From Tepidisphaera sp. (GTDB lineage: Bacteria > Planctomycetota > Phycisphaerae > Phycisphaerales > UBA1924): a stretch of 64,000 nt of DNA. Shown in pieces: positions 34,901-43,535 of the stretch. Where the stretch lies: assembly GCA_050916045.1 (NCBI GenBank), contig CP051526.1, positions 3,487,015 through 3,551,014 on the forward strand, given 5' to 3'. The stretch's first letter is position 1; each line of letters begins with the position of its first letter. The notes under the pieces were generated by a model. It was not told the origin of the DNA. It saw only the letters and a program-made list of their open reading frames with translations, and did no database searches. The position numbers and the translations under genes are program-made.

Positions 34901-35856
34901 TGCTCGCCCAGTTCGGCGAACGCGCCCGGTCGCGGTTCATCGAAGCCGCCGGCAAAGAACACCAGCGCGACCGCGTCACCGACTGGAACTTCGGCCCCCT
35001 GCCCGAACGCGTCGACCTCAAGCGCGGCAAAGCCACCATCGCGGGCTTCCCCGCCCTCATCGATCACGGCACCCACGCGAGCCTCACCGTCCTGGACTCG
35101 CCCCACGCGGCCGCCCAAGCCAACCGCGCCGGCATCCGTCGTCTCTACATCATCGCGGCCAAGGACGAGCTCGAGTGGGCCCTCCGCGTTCTGCCGGACT
35201 TCAACCGCCTCGCGATGCTCTACGCCACGCTCGGCACACCGGCGCAGCTTCGGGACGAGGTCGCGAGCATCATCGCGGACCGCGTGTTCATGCAGGGTCC
35301 GACCGTGCCCAGAACGCGTGAGGAGTTCGTCGCCATCCTGCGGGCGAGCTGGGACGACGTCCGCGGCGTGGCTCGCGAGGTGGCGGGCGTGGTCCAGCAG
35401 ATCCTGACGTCGTACCAGCAGCTGAGCTTGCGCCTGGCGGCGAAGACCCCGCCGGCGTGGCACGCTTCGATCAATGATCTCAAGCTTCAGCTCGTGCTTC
35501 TGATCCATCCCGGCGCCATGGCGGCGACGCCGTGGGAGCGGCTAAAGAACGTGCCGCGGTACCTTTTCGCGGCGATCAAGAGGCTGGACAAGCTGCAGGT
35601 GGGCGCGGGCGGGGGCCCGGAGCGCGACGTGCGGATCATGTCGGACATGGCGACCCTCTGGCGGGATTATCTCGTGCGGCTGGACCTGCGGAACAAAACG
35701 GGTCGATCGGACCCGCTTCTGGATGAGTTCAAGTGGCTCCTTGAGGAACTCCGCGTGTCGCTCTTCGCGCAGGAACTCGGCACGCCGATCACGGTCTCGG
35801 TGAAGCGTCTCGAGAAAGCCTGGGCCGATCTTCTGGCCGCAAGCCGGACGATGTAG
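31936..35856 (+). CDS. hrpA: ATP-dependent RNA helicase HrpA (DEAH-box)
   Basis: 1,306 aa. Motifs are GETGSGKTTQLP, IIIDEAHERS, SATID, TNIAETSLTV and QRSGRCGR. Length and C-terminal region are typical of HrpA. Confidence 0.9.
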   Translation: MDDVLRHLALGLKDCLTTDRYRVSRRLRQLRDDLDRGRKIPEAEIDRLYQAVTECRERAARHIARLPQTSYPPELPVSQKREEIIAAIRDHQVVVVCGETGSGKTTQLPKICIDAGRGRTGLIGHTQPRRLAARSVAARIAEELGVELGNAVGYKVRFGDKTSPNTIIKLMTDGILLTETQHDRPLAHYDTIIIDEAHERSLNIDFLLGYLKQLLPKRPDLKVIITSATIDPKRLSLHFSNAPIIEVSGRTYPVEIRYKPLTRGEDEEDLRVEDGLVHALDEIHREGEGDVLVFLPGEREIRQAADHLADHFPRGVEVVPLYARLSNHEQHKIFERTRPGYRRIVLATNIAETSLTVPGIRYVVDSGFGRISRYSPSTKVQRLPIEAISKASANQRSGRCGRLGPGIAIRLYGHDDFLGRAEFTDPEILRTNLASVILQMKALRLGRIEDFPFIDAPDGRMVRDGYETLHELGAITEDGDITPVGTKLAKLPIDPRLGRMLLAAVDENAVRELLVVTAALGTQDPRERPMEAGDKADKAHEQFEDPESDFIALLNLWRAFHEMEDKLTGGKLRRWCKDNFVSFLKMREWISTHDQLARLADELGLKVNAKPAERDNVHRAILAGLLCSIGVKSDKKDGYGYEGCRGVKFSIFPGSGLFRKGPQHVMAGELLQTTKLYAHDVAKIRPEWVERVGAHLVKRHYSEPHYDENHMMVYAYERVTIYGLEIVSRRRVHYGPIDPAIAREIFLQHAMVEEQYISPAPFWTHNKELVAELRHLSQKARQSDIAVDPRLIFDFYDKKLGPGVFSGATLDLWRKQNERGNPKVLFMSRADLEPPAAREVTKEKFPDALENFGTRLNLSYRFDPGKDDDGVTITVPLETLHQVDETRLEWGVPGLLPQKIAAMIEALPKQHRKELGDSDALGKQIAGLVTFGKGSLLDAVASTVRAEAQVDIPRDAWRVESLPRHLRVTIRVVDDKGVVLGSDKDLHKLLAQFGERARSRFIEAAGKEHQRDRVTDWNFGPLPERVDLKRGKATIAGFPALIDHGTHASLTVLDSPHAAAQANRAGIRRLYIIAAKDELEWALRVLPDFNRLAMLYATLGTPAQLRDEVASIIADRVFMQGPTVPRTREEFVAILRASWDDVRGVAREVAGVVQQILTSYQQLSLRLAAKTPPAWHASINDLKLQLVLLIHPGAMAATPWERLKNVPRYLFAAIKRLDKLQVGAGGGPERDVRIMSDMATLWRDYLVRLDLRNKTGRSDPLLDEFKWLLEELRVSLFAQELGTPITVSVKRLEKAWADLLAASRTM

Positions 35857-35879
35857 CCCCGTTGGGGTACGCTCTTCGC

Positions 35880-36368
35880 ATGGCGATCGACACCAGAAAG
35901 GCCCAGCGCCGCGCCGTCCGGTACAACACCGTGGATGACCTCCTCGCCGACGCCGAGCGCGTCGCGGCGGCGGAGCGCACCGGAACGCTGAAAAGGACCG
36001 GGAACTGGAAGCCGGGCCAGATCTTCGGCCACCTCGCGGCGTGGACCGACCTCGCGTACGACGGGTATCCCGCGGATATGCCGCGGCCCCCGTGGCTGAT
36101 CAAGATCCTCCTCAAGATGATGAAAGGCCGGTTCCTTCGCAAGGGCATGCCGACGGGCATCCGCATGCGGGGCGTGGAAGCGGGGACGAAGTTCATCGAC
36201 GACCTGCCGCTTGATGAGGGGCTTGCACGGCTTCGCAAGACCGCGAGCCGCGTCCGGACGCAGAACCCGCTGCACGCCAACCCGGTCTTCGGACCGATGC
36301 CGCGGGAGGAGTGCGAGCTCATGTTCCTGCGGCACGCTGAGCTTCACATGTCATTCCTGCACCCGTGA
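35880..36368 (+). CDS. DinB-superfamily protein (DUF1569-like)
   Basis: ATG at 35880 within track ORF 35862..36368. The segments GNWKPGQIFGHLAAW and NPVFGPMPREECELMFLRHAELHMSF resemble DUF1569/DinB proteins from memory. Confidence 0.55.
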   Translation: MAIDTRKAQRRAVRYNTVDDLLADAERVAAAERTGTLKRTGNWKPGQIFGHLAAWTDLAYDGYPADMPRPPWLIKILLKMMKGRFLRKGMPTGIRMRGVEAGTKFIDDLPLDEGLARLRKTASRVRTQNPLHANPVFGPMPREECELMFLRHAELHMSFLHP

Positions 36369-36371
36369 GCG

Positions 36372-37232
36372 TCAGCGGAAGTACACGTGCACAGGTTGGC
36401 CGGACTCGGTCCAAAGCCGGCGCTGGTAGCGGCGTCGAAGAACGGTCAGGCGACGCTTCAGTCGGTCGTGATCCCAGCCGCACTCCGGACAGATGCCCGA
36501 GCCGAGGCCGACGGTGGGATAGTCGCACTCGGGGCACTTGCCGGTGCGGCTCGCGGACGCGGCGAGCTCGACGGCGACTCGCTTCCGCTCGCGAGCGACG
36601 GCGGCGATCGTGAAGTACACCGCGCCCGCGACGACGGCGACCGCACCGATCGCGACCGGCAACTGCCAGAGGACAAAGAACCCGCGCTCGGACTCCCCCG
36701 ATGCCACCATGTCGAGCGTGATCGCTTCGAGAGACTCGTCATCGATCATCGAGAGGCCAAGCCGCCAAAGCCAGGATGGCTTGAGTTCCGCACGCTTGCG
36801 CTCAAGATGAGGCCGGAGATAACTCGAGACCGGCGGCGCGCCGCGGAAGACCTCTTCCGGTCTGCGGGCCGGGCCCGGAACGTTCGGCTCGACGACCGCG
36901 ACCCATCGCTCGCGGACGTCGACCGTCCATGTCAGCGGCTTCCAAAGAGCGTTGACCTCGTACCCGATGTCGACCTCCCACGGGTCGGCCGCTCCAAAGC
37001 CGGCAAGCGGGGTGGCGGAGGCCGGGAACGCCACCGTGACGTACCGACGCTTGGACGCGATCTCCGTCGACATCACGATGATCATCGCGATCGTCGGCAC
37101 AAACAGCGAAGCAAAGAGCGAGAACCGCGAAGCCCAGATCGGCGGGTACGGATGCCACAGCGCGTGCCGGACCCGGGCCCAACGGAGCCACCACGCGCGA
37201 ACTTTCGGCGAAGCTGGGCTCGGACGCGGCAA
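36372..37232 (-). CDS. membrane protein with C-terminal zinc-ribbon tail (GKCPECDYPTVGLGSGICPECG), function unknown
   Basis: 286-aa ORF (TTG start in the track; the true start is uncertain) abutting the stop of the upstream permease-like gene. It has two hydrophobic segments flanking a domain of about 150 aa, then CxxCDY-x9-CPECG and an Arg-rich end. Confidence 0.55.
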   Translation of the reverse strand: MPRPSPASPKVRAWWLRWARVRHALWHPYPPIWASRFSLFASLFVPTIAMIIVMSTEIASKRRYVTVAFPASATPLAGFGAADPWEVDIGYEVNALWKPLTWTVDVRERWVAVVEPNVPGPARRPEEVFRGAPPVSSYLRPHLERKRAELKPSWLWRLGLSMIDDESLEAITLDMVASGESERGFFVLWQLPVAIGAVAVVAGAVYFTIAAVARERKRVAVELAASASRTGKCPECDYPTVGLGSGICPECGWDHDRLKRRLTVLRRRYQRRLWTESGQPVHVYFR

Positions 37233-39068
37233 TCAACGCTGTCCCGCGAGGCGACGCACCGTCGCGTCGAACGTCCGCACCATGCCCGCGTGCACCCCGA
37301 GCACCACCGCGGTGTAGATGCCGCCCGAAACCAGAGCGCCCACCGCAAGCGAGACGCGAGCGGCTTCCAGACCACCCCCGCCTCGGGTCGTCTCCGCCAT
37401 CGCCGAATCGGGGTTCACGATCGCGTAGAAAAGCGTCACCGGCGACAGAGCGGCCAGCGCCGGCCCCACGCCCACAATGCTCTCGGCCGACTTGAACCCG
37501 CACAGGCCGACCGTCCCCGCGATCACCCCCACCACGCCGACCGTGCCCACCACGCTCGAGAGCGTCCCCTTGCTCTTCAGCGACCACTGCAAGCCCACCA
37601 TCACGCACCACGAGATGAACGGCAGGCACACCAGCGTCGCCAGCAGGAACCCCTCCGGAAGCACCAGCGGCTCGGGAGGACGACCCGTCACCGGCACCGT
37701 CGCTCCAGCCGAAAGCGTGTACGCCGAAGCCATCGCCAGCGTGCCGATGGGCACCATCAAAAGCGGGAGCAGGTACGCGACCAGCCCGCGGAGCTTGCCG
37801 TACAGGTAGCTCGACGGGGTGATCGTCGTCGTGAGAAGCAGATCAAGCGTGCCGTCCTCGCGCTCGCGGCTGACCGCCGTGCTCGACATGTTGATCGCCA
37901 CCAGCGCGATCACCGCGATCTCACCCCACACCGTCGCCATCAGCGCCTCGCGGAAGTTCACCGGGGTGAACGACTTGGTGTGAAGCAGCCAGACCAGAAT
38001 CCCGCCGAAGACAAGCCCCGCCGCGATGAACGCCCACCGCGCGATGATCCGCCCCAGCGTCGCGTTGCGGGCCGTCGACTCGCGCCACGCGATCGGATTG
38101 CTCCCCACCGGCCGCGGCGGGCGGTGGTCCGCACCGACCGCGCCAAGCCCCAGAAGCCGGCGGTACCACGGCACGCCCGTCTCGCTCGTCAGCGCTCCAA
38201 GACCGCCCGCTCGCACCGTGAAGGTCGAACCCACCACCAAAACCAAGCTCAACGCGAGGCTCCCCACGCACCACGCCGTCACCGGCGACTCCAGCATGAG
38301 CGCCCGCAAACCTCCCCAACCCTGGATCGTCCCGGCTTCGGCCCGCGGGTATGTGCTCGGATTCAGCAGGGCTTGCAGGGCGAGGAACGGGTTGATCGCC
38401 GTCATGATCGTGACGCCCTTGCCGCCCGAAGCACCCATGCCCGCCGAACGCATATAGGAATCAATGCCCGCGGTGATCGCGATGTAGCTCACCACCGAGA
38501 CGTAGAACGCAAAGACGCTCCGCGTGCCCGCCATCCGTGAGACCGCCAGCGCGATCGCAATGGCCCCCACCAGCACCGCCGCGGAGCCCGAGACGAGGTA
38601 GCTCGCGAAGATCGCCGAGCCCGGCACACCGCCGAAGAACTGCGTCAGGGCGAAGAGCGGCAGACTCGCAAAGAGGAGCGCCAGGATGAAGAAGAGGCGG
38701 CCGAGCAAGTTGCCGATCACGATCTGCGTGCTGCTCAGCGGCGTCGTGAGCAAAACCTCCCACGTCCTGGGGCTTGCTTCCTGCGCGATCGCGCCCGCCA
38801 TGAACACCGGGGCCAGCACGCAGATCAAACCGATCTGGAGGTACGCGACCAGCGTGAAGCTCAGGGCCCCGCTCTTGGCAAGGTCGCTGAAGCTCTTGGT
38901 CCCCGTCGCGCTGGTGATCAAGAGCCACAGGAGGACCAGGATCAGCACGCCCAGGTAGATGCTCCGGATGTAGAGGTGCCGTGGCCGGCGGGAGCCGTTC
39001 TGAACCAGACGGACCGCGATCGGGTTGAGCGGACCTTGGGCGAGAAGCCATCGCAGGAAGACGGGCAT
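37233..39068 (-). CDS. large polytopic membrane protein, ABC-2-type permease-like
   Basis: 611-aa ORF with an ATG start and about 12 hydrophobic helices in two halves. It resembles ABC-2/GldF/NosY-type permeases only by eye. No ATPase gene is adjacent. Confidence 0.5.
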   Translation of the reverse strand: MPVFLRWLLAQGPLNPIAVRLVQNGSRRPRHLYIRSIYLGVLILVLLWLLITSATGTKSFSDLAKSGALSFTLVAYLQIGLICVLAPVFMAGAIAQEASPRTWEVLLTTPLSSTQIVIGNLLGRLFFILALLFASLPLFALTQFFGGVPGSAIFASYLVSGSAAVLVGAIAIALAVSRMAGTRSVFAFYVSVVSYIAITAGIDSYMRSAGMGASGGKGVTIMTAINPFLALQALLNPSTYPRAEAGTIQGWGGLRALMLESPVTAWCVGSLALSLVLVVGSTFTVRAGGLGALTSETGVPWYRRLLGLGAVGADHRPPRPVGSNPIAWRESTARNATLGRIIARWAFIAAGLVFGGILVWLLHTKSFTPVNFREALMATVWGEIAVIALVAINMSSTAVSREREDGTLDLLLTTTITPSSYLYGKLRGLVAYLLPLLMVPIGTLAMASAYTLSAGATVPVTGRPPEPLVLPEGFLLATLVCLPFISWCVMVGLQWSLKSKGTLSSVVGTVGVVGVIAGTVGLCGFKSAESIVGVGPALAALSPVTLFYAIVNPDSAMAETTRGGGGLEAARVSLAVGALVSGGIYTAVVLGVHAGMVRTFDATVRRLAGQR

Positions 39069-39133
39069 AGGTACCGATGGTACCAGACACCCGCCCCCCG
39101 GGGTTCACCGCCCCGAACACCAGCCTTCAACCC

Positions 39134-39168
39134 GGAAAAAGAAGCCCACGGGTTTACACCCGTGGGCT
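39134..39168 (-). terminator. rho-independent terminator of the PEP-CTERM protein gene
   Basis: Perfect 10-bp stem: agcccacggg (39143-39152), loop tttaca, cccgtgggct (39159-39168). On the minus strand it is followed by UCUUUUUCC. Confidence 0.7.
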
Positions 39169-39226
39169 CCGAAGAAACAGGATGAACCGAAGTTCGAGGC
39201 TCAGGGGCGCTCGAAGGATTCAGACC

Positions 39227-40084
39227 TTAGCGGCGGCGACGGCCGGCGAGGAGACCGCCGAGGCCGAGCAGCGCGAGCGAGCCCGGGGTCGGGACCACGC
39301 GGAGGTCAAAGGTCGCCACAGACGTGTTGGTGATGCGGTTGTCGTAGTACGCGTTGGTTTCCTGGCCCGCAAGGCCGTTGTAAGAGCTGACGGCGACGTA
39401 CACGACGCCATCGTTGGGGGAAGCGACGCCGAGCGAGGACGCGAGGCCGTCGCCCGAGTCGTCATCGAACCCGAGAATGGTGCCGGAGCTGTTGAACATC
39501 GCCAGCACGGTGTCGCCACCGGCGGAGAGGTTCAGCACGTCCGCCTGGATCGTGCCGCCGAGGCCGGAGAACCGGTACCACTGCGTGCTCACGCCGGGGG
39601 TCGTGATCGTCACGGCGTAGAGAGCCATGTTGAACGAGCCCGGGGTGATCGAGGTGGCCGCGTTCCAGGTCGTGTTCTGCCACCAGGTGCCCTGGACCTG
39701 CAGGGTGCCGTCGCCCGGGACCGTGCCGGTCACGCGGGAGAAGACGCCGGAGAAGTCATCGTTTTCGCCCAGCGTCGTGCCGCTGGAGTTCCGCACGCGG
39801 AGACGCGTGTCGTACGAGCCGCCGCCCGACGCCGCGGAGGTCACCGCGCGGTACGCGTTCCCGGCCGTCAGGCCCGACGTGGTGAACGAAGCGACCGAGT
39901 TCGCGTTCGAGACCGTGAAGTCCCGCGAGAAGATCAGGGCTTCGGACGTGACCGCCGCCGTGAAGGCGCCGGTGACCGTCTGGGGACCGGCCCAGTTCGT
40001 CGCCGTCCCGAAGCTCGTCCCGCCCTGAGCCATCGCGGAACCCGCGAGACCCGCCGCCGCAACCATCACAAAAGCCTTCGTCAT
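39227..40084 (-). CDS. secreted PEP-CTERM sorting-domain protein with PPC-like repeats
   Basis: Track ORF 39227..40096 trimmed to the ATG at 40084 (MTKAFVMVAAAGLAGSAMAQG). Two similar halves contain D.R/V L...SSGT.LG.[ND]DD. The C-terminus VPTPGSLALLGLGGLLAGRRRR is a PEP-CTERM-type signal. Confidence 0.8.
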   Translation of the reverse strand: MTKAFVMVAAAGLAGSAMAQGGTSFGTATNWAGPQTVTGAFTAAVTSEALIFSRDFTVSNANSVASFTTSGLTAGNAYRAVTSAASGGGSYDTRLRVRNSSGTTLGENDDFSGVFSRVTGTVPGDGTLQVQGTWWQNTTWNAATSITPGSFNMALYAVTITTPGVSTQWYRFSGLGGTIQADVLNLSAGGDTVLAMFNSSGTILGFDDDSGDGLASSLGVASPNDGVVYVAVSSYNGLAGQETNAYYDNRITNTSVATFDLRVVPTPGSLALLGLGGLLAGRRRR

Positions 40085-40341
40085 GTCTCTCTCCAATGTG
40101 GATAGGGGCTTGTCTCAAGCCCTGACTCTCTCTCCATCCGCCTGTCCCCACGAGGGGCAAGCCAAATCAACCCGGCCCAGGCCCTTCCGGGCGCAAAGCC
40201 ACAGCCCGTCCGTCTGTGCGACGTTCGGAACATCACGCGAAAGCTCGAAAGCCCTAGTGGGCTCCCGCCGCGCTCTGCCGTCTGGTTTCGGGGGAGGGAT
40301 GTCTTGTCTCTCCACTCGACTCCAAACAACTCTTCACCTTC

Positions 40342-40370
40342 TTTATAGCCGAACTCTCAACCGGATGCAA
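40342..40370 (-). promoter_or_regulatory. candidate sigma-70-type promoter for the PEP-CTERM protein gene
   Basis: On the minus strand the sequence reads TTGCAT-N17-TATAAA. The near-consensus -10 sits in an otherwise GC-rich context. It would give a 5' leader of about 250 nt. Confidence 0.4.
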
Positions 40371-40457
40371 CGGAAACTTGATGTTGGAACCCTCGTTCCG
40401 AGCAAAAAAACGCCGAGAACCCGTCGCAACCACGAGGCACACCGGATGAAAGCGCTC

Positions 40458-40491
40458 TCAAAGGAAAAGCCCCGTGGTTTTCCACGGGGCT
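40458..40491 (-). terminator. rho-independent terminator of clpC
   Basis: Perfect 10-bp stem: agccccgtgg (40468-40477), loop tttt, ccacggggct (40482-40491). On the minus strand it is followed by UUUCCUUUG. It lies 46 nt past the clpC stop. Confidence 0.55.
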
Positions 40492-40536
40492 CACGAGGCA
40501 ATCGGTAGGGTTATCCGGTCTCGCCGACCTGAAAGA

Positions 40537-43104
40537 TCAGGTCGAATGGCTGCCGGCGGCCGCGACCGGCGGGGTCGTTTCGGTGTTCGACGTCGCCGTG
40601 AAGGTCAGGAATTCCTGCGGCTTGTCGTCGGAACCCTTGCCGCGGGTGACCTTGATCACGCTGCCCTTCGGGAATTCGCCCTGAAGCAGCTGTTCGGAGA
40701 GCGGGTCTTCGATGTAGCTGCCGATCGCGCGACGCAGAGGTCGAGCGCCGAACTCGGGGTTGTACCCCTTGTCGATGAGGAACTCCTTGGCTTCGGGCGA
40801 CAGATCGATCGTGATCTGCTGGACCGCGAGGCGCTTGGCGAGCTTGGCCATCTCGTAGTCGATGATGGAGGTGATGTCGGCCTTGTTGAGCGGGCGGAAC
40901 ACGATGATGTCATCGACGCGGTTGATGAATTCGGGGCGGAAGAACCGCTCGATCTCCTTCATCAGGACGCCCTTGATGTTGTCGTAGTCCGTCGCTTCGG
41001 TCCGCTTCTGGAAGCCGAACCCCGCACCGCCACGGATCAGGTCAGCACCGATGTTGCTGGTCATGATCATGATGGTGTTGCGGAAGTCGACATGACGCCC
41101 GAACGAGTCCGTGAGGCGACCCTCTTCCATGATCTGGAGGAGCATGTTGAAGACGTCGGGGTGCGCCTTTTCCACTTCGTCCAGGAGCACGACGCTGTAC
41201 GGCCGGCGACGGATCCGCTCCGTGAGCTGGCCGCCTTCCTCGTACCCGACGTAGCCCGGAGGGGCGCCGACGAGACGCGAGACGTTGTGCTTTTCCATGT
41301 ACTCGGACATGTCGAGGTGGATGAGAGCATCTTCGTCACCGAACATGAACTCGGCGAGGGCTTTGGCGAGGAGCGTCTTGCCCACGCCGGTGGGCCCGAC
41401 GAAGATGAACGAACCAGCGGGACGCTTGGGGTCCTTGAGGCCCGCGCGGCTTCGGCGGATGGCTTTCGCCACGGCCTTGACCGCTTCGTCCTGGCTGATG
41501 ACCTTCTTGTGCAGTTCCTTTTCGAGCTGCAGCAAGCGGGCGGCTTCGTCCTTTTCGAGGCGCTGGAGGGGGACGCCGGTCATCTTGCTGACGACCTCGC
41601 GGACGACGTCCTCGTCGACCGTGCCGTCGTACTCGCGAGCCCGGTTCTTCCACTCCTTCTGGACCTCTTCCTTCTTCTTGCGGAGCTGCTCGGACTTGTC
41701 ACGAAGCTCGGCGGCGCGCTCGTAGTCCGCACCCTTGACGGCTTCGTCCTTCTCGACGCTGAGGCGTTCGATGTCCGCTTCGATCTCGGCGAGAGCCGGG
41801 GGCTTGGTCATGGTCTTGATGCGGATCCGGGCACCGGCTTCGTCGATCACGTCGATCGACTTGTCGGGCTGGACGCGGCCGGGGATGTAGCGCCCCGACA
41901 GCTCGACAGCGGCCTTGACGGCGCTGTCGGTGATCTGCACCCTGTGGTGGCTTTCGTAGCGGTCGCGGAGGCCCTTGAGGATCTCGATCGTCTGCTCGTC
42001 GGTGGGCGGATCGACCGTGATCGCCTGGAACCGGCGGGCCAGAGCAGCGTCCTTCTCGATGTACTTGCGGTACTCGTCGAAGGTCGTCGCACCAATGCAC
42101 TGGATCTCGCCTCGTGCCAGCGCGGGCTTGAGCACGTTGGACGCGTCGATTGCGCCTTCCGCGCCGCCGGCGCCGACGAGAGTGTGAAGCTCATCGATGA
42201 AGAGCATGACGTTCTTGGCCTTGCGGACCTCGTTCATCACGGCTTTGATGCGTTCCTCGAACTGGCCGCGGTACTTGGTGCCTGCGACCATCATCGCAAG
42301 ATCGAGCACCACGAGGCGCTTGTCGAGCAGGATCTCGGGCACGTCGCCGGAGATGATCCGCTGGGCCAAGCCCTCGACGATGGCGGTTTTGCCGACACCG
42401 GCCTCGCCGAGGAGGACGGGGTTGTTCTTGGTGCGGCGGCAGAGGACCTGGACGAGACGCTCGATCTCGTTGGTGCGTCCGATCACCGGATCGAGCGTCG
42501 CCTCCTTGGCGAGTTCGGTGAGGTCGCGGCCGAAGCTGTCGAGGGCCGGAGTCTTGCTCCGGTTCTTCGCGCCCGCCGCGGCGGACGAGGAAGAGCCGGC
42601 GGAAGCCGCTCCCGAAGCCGCGCCGGGGCCGGCGGGCTCGCCGCTTTCGCCCTCGCTCTGCTGCTGGCCCGCTCCGAGGAGGTTGAGCACCTCTTCGCGG
42701 ACCTCTTCGAGCTTGAGGCCGAGGTTCATGAGGACCTGCGCGGCGACGCCGTCGTGCTCACGCAGGAGCCCGAGCAGGAGGTGCTCGGTGCCGACGTAGT
42801 TGTGGTTGAGGTTCCGGGCTTCCTCGATGGCGTACTCGATGACCTTCTTGGCGCGAGGGGTCTGGGGGAGTTTCCCCATGGTGACCATCTCGGGGCCCGG
42901 CTTGACGAGCTTCTCGACTTCGAGGCGCACCTTGCGCAGGTCGACGTCGAGGTTCTTGAGCACGTTGGCTCCGACGCCGGAGCCCTCTTTCACGAGCCCG
43001 AGGAGGATGTGCTCGGTCCCAATGTACTCATGGTTGAACCGCTGAGCCTCCTGGTTCGCGAGGGCCATCACTTTGCGGGCACGGTCTGTGAAGCGTTCGA
43101 ACAT
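40537..43104 (-). CDS. clpC: ATP-dependent Clp protease ATP-binding subunit ClpC
   Basis: 855 aa. The N-terminus has double Clp_N repeats ([23 protein letters not shown]...). There are two Walker A motifs ([22 protein letters not shown]) and a UVR-like segment ([21 protein letters not shown]). A low-complexity Gly/Ser/Ala linker follows the N-domain. Confidence 0.9.
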   Translation of the reverse strand: MFERFTDRARKVMALANQEAQRFNHEYIGTEHILLGLVKEGSGVGANVLKNLDVDLRKVRLEVEKLVKPGPEMVTMGKLPQTPRAKKVIEYAIEEARNLNHNYVGTEHLLLGLLREHDGVAAQVLMNLGLKLEEVREEVLNLLGAGQQQSEGESGEPAGPGAASGAASAGSSSSAAAGAKNRSKTPALDSFGRDLTELAKEATLDPVIGRTNEIERLVQVLCRRTKNNPVLLGEAGVGKTAIVEGLAQRIISGDVPEILLDKRLVVLDLAMMVAGTKYRGQFEERIKAVMNEVRKAKNVMLFIDELHTLVGAGGAEGAIDASNVLKPALARGEIQCIGATTFDEYRKYIEKDAALARRFQAITVDPPTDEQTIEILKGLRDRYESHHRVQITDSAVKAAVELSGRYIPGRVQPDKSIDVIDEAGARIRIKTMTKPPALAEIEADIERLSVEKDEAVKGADYERAAELRDKSEQLRKKKEEVQKEWKNRAREYDGTVDEDVVREVVSKMTGVPLQRLEKDEAARLLQLEKELHKKVISQDEAVKAVAKAIRRSRAGLKDPKRPAGSFIFVGPTGVGKTLLAKALAEFMFGDEDALIHLDMSEYMEKHNVSRLVGAPPGYVGYEEGGQLTERIRRRPYSVVLLDEVEKAHPDVFNMLLQIMEEGRLTDSFGRHVDFRNTIMIMTSNIGADLIRGGAGFGFQKRTEATDYDNIKGVLMKEIERFFRPEFINRVDDIIVFRPLNKADITSIIDYEMAKLAKRLAVQQITIDLSPEAKEFLIDKGYNPEFGARPLRRAIGSYIEDPLSEQLLQGEFPKGSVIKVTRGKGSDDKPQEFLTFTATSNTETTPPVAAAGSHST

Positions 43105-43535
43105 GGTGGTACTCCCCCGAAAGTTCTGAGGAGGCGGGCCTCAGCCCGAGAACTCCTCGATCACATCTCTCTATTCGTCTCACCCACGCTTTCGGGTTCG
43201 TGGGTGATCCTGTTATCGACGGCCCGGACGTGTGGCATGATTTCCGCATCCCGCAACTTCCGGAGCCCCCCACCTTGCACTTTCTTCGATGCCGCGAAAC
43301 TCGTACTCGGACGATCTCGCCTGCCGAATACCACTTCAGGGTATTCAGGTCCGGCCGTCCGCCTATGCGAATCCAAAGCCGGGCCTATCCCTAGGTGAGC
43401 ATGCGGCGTGCCAACGAAGGATGCCCGCCTGAACGTCTGGAGGCTCTTGGACGTGGCCGAAACTTGCCGCGATCCGCCGTGCCTGTCGATTTGGCAGCCC
43501 GCGGCAAATTCGCCGAAGTTGTGGGTGAGCGTGCC

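Noticed and set aside
32005-35508. Very long antisense ORFs. Examples are 1,167 aa opposite hrpA and 40474-43398 opposite clpC. Others are 58461-61148 opposite the dockerin enzyme gene, 1032-2405 opposite gdhA and 48124-50070 opposite the M24 peptidase. Further cases are 30455-32008 opposite rpoN, 8458-9537, 45116-46501, 50200-51255 and 25547-26686.
   Set aside because: These are shadow ORFs expected in very GC-rich DNA, where stop codons are rare on the antisense strand of strongly GC3-biased genes. Their translations are Arg/Gly/Asp/Val/Ala-rich low-complexity strings without motifs. The sense-strand products all carry clear family signatures.
40085-40457. Largest non-coding gaps (40085-40457, 43105-43535, 15137-15408, 16111-16367, 55685-55961) checked for tRNA, tmRNA or rRNA fragments.
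   Set aside because: No tRNA-like T-arm (GTTCGAATC-type) or acceptor-stem pairing and no rRNA-like segments were seen. The gaps are better explained as promoters, leaders and terminators. tRNAscan-SE or Infernal would be the decisive check.
43161-43394. Small ORFs in the clpC upstream region (71 aa on the minus strand, 64 aa on the plus strand).
   Set aside because: They overlap each other on opposite strands, have no RBS-like sequence or recognisable motifs, and have shadow-like composition. The region was treated as non-coding leader.
43492-43507. Sigma-54-like element TGGCAG-N5-GGCAA (GG-N10-GC spacing) on the plus strand. It overlaps one arm of an 8-bp inverted repeat (ttgccgcg 43464-43471 / cgcggcaa 43500-43507).
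   Set aside because: There is no plus-strand gene downstream for more than 1 kb; the next gene is on the opposite strand. The -12 region deviates from TTGC. It is more likely part of a weak hairpin after the minus-strand zinc-ribbon gene.
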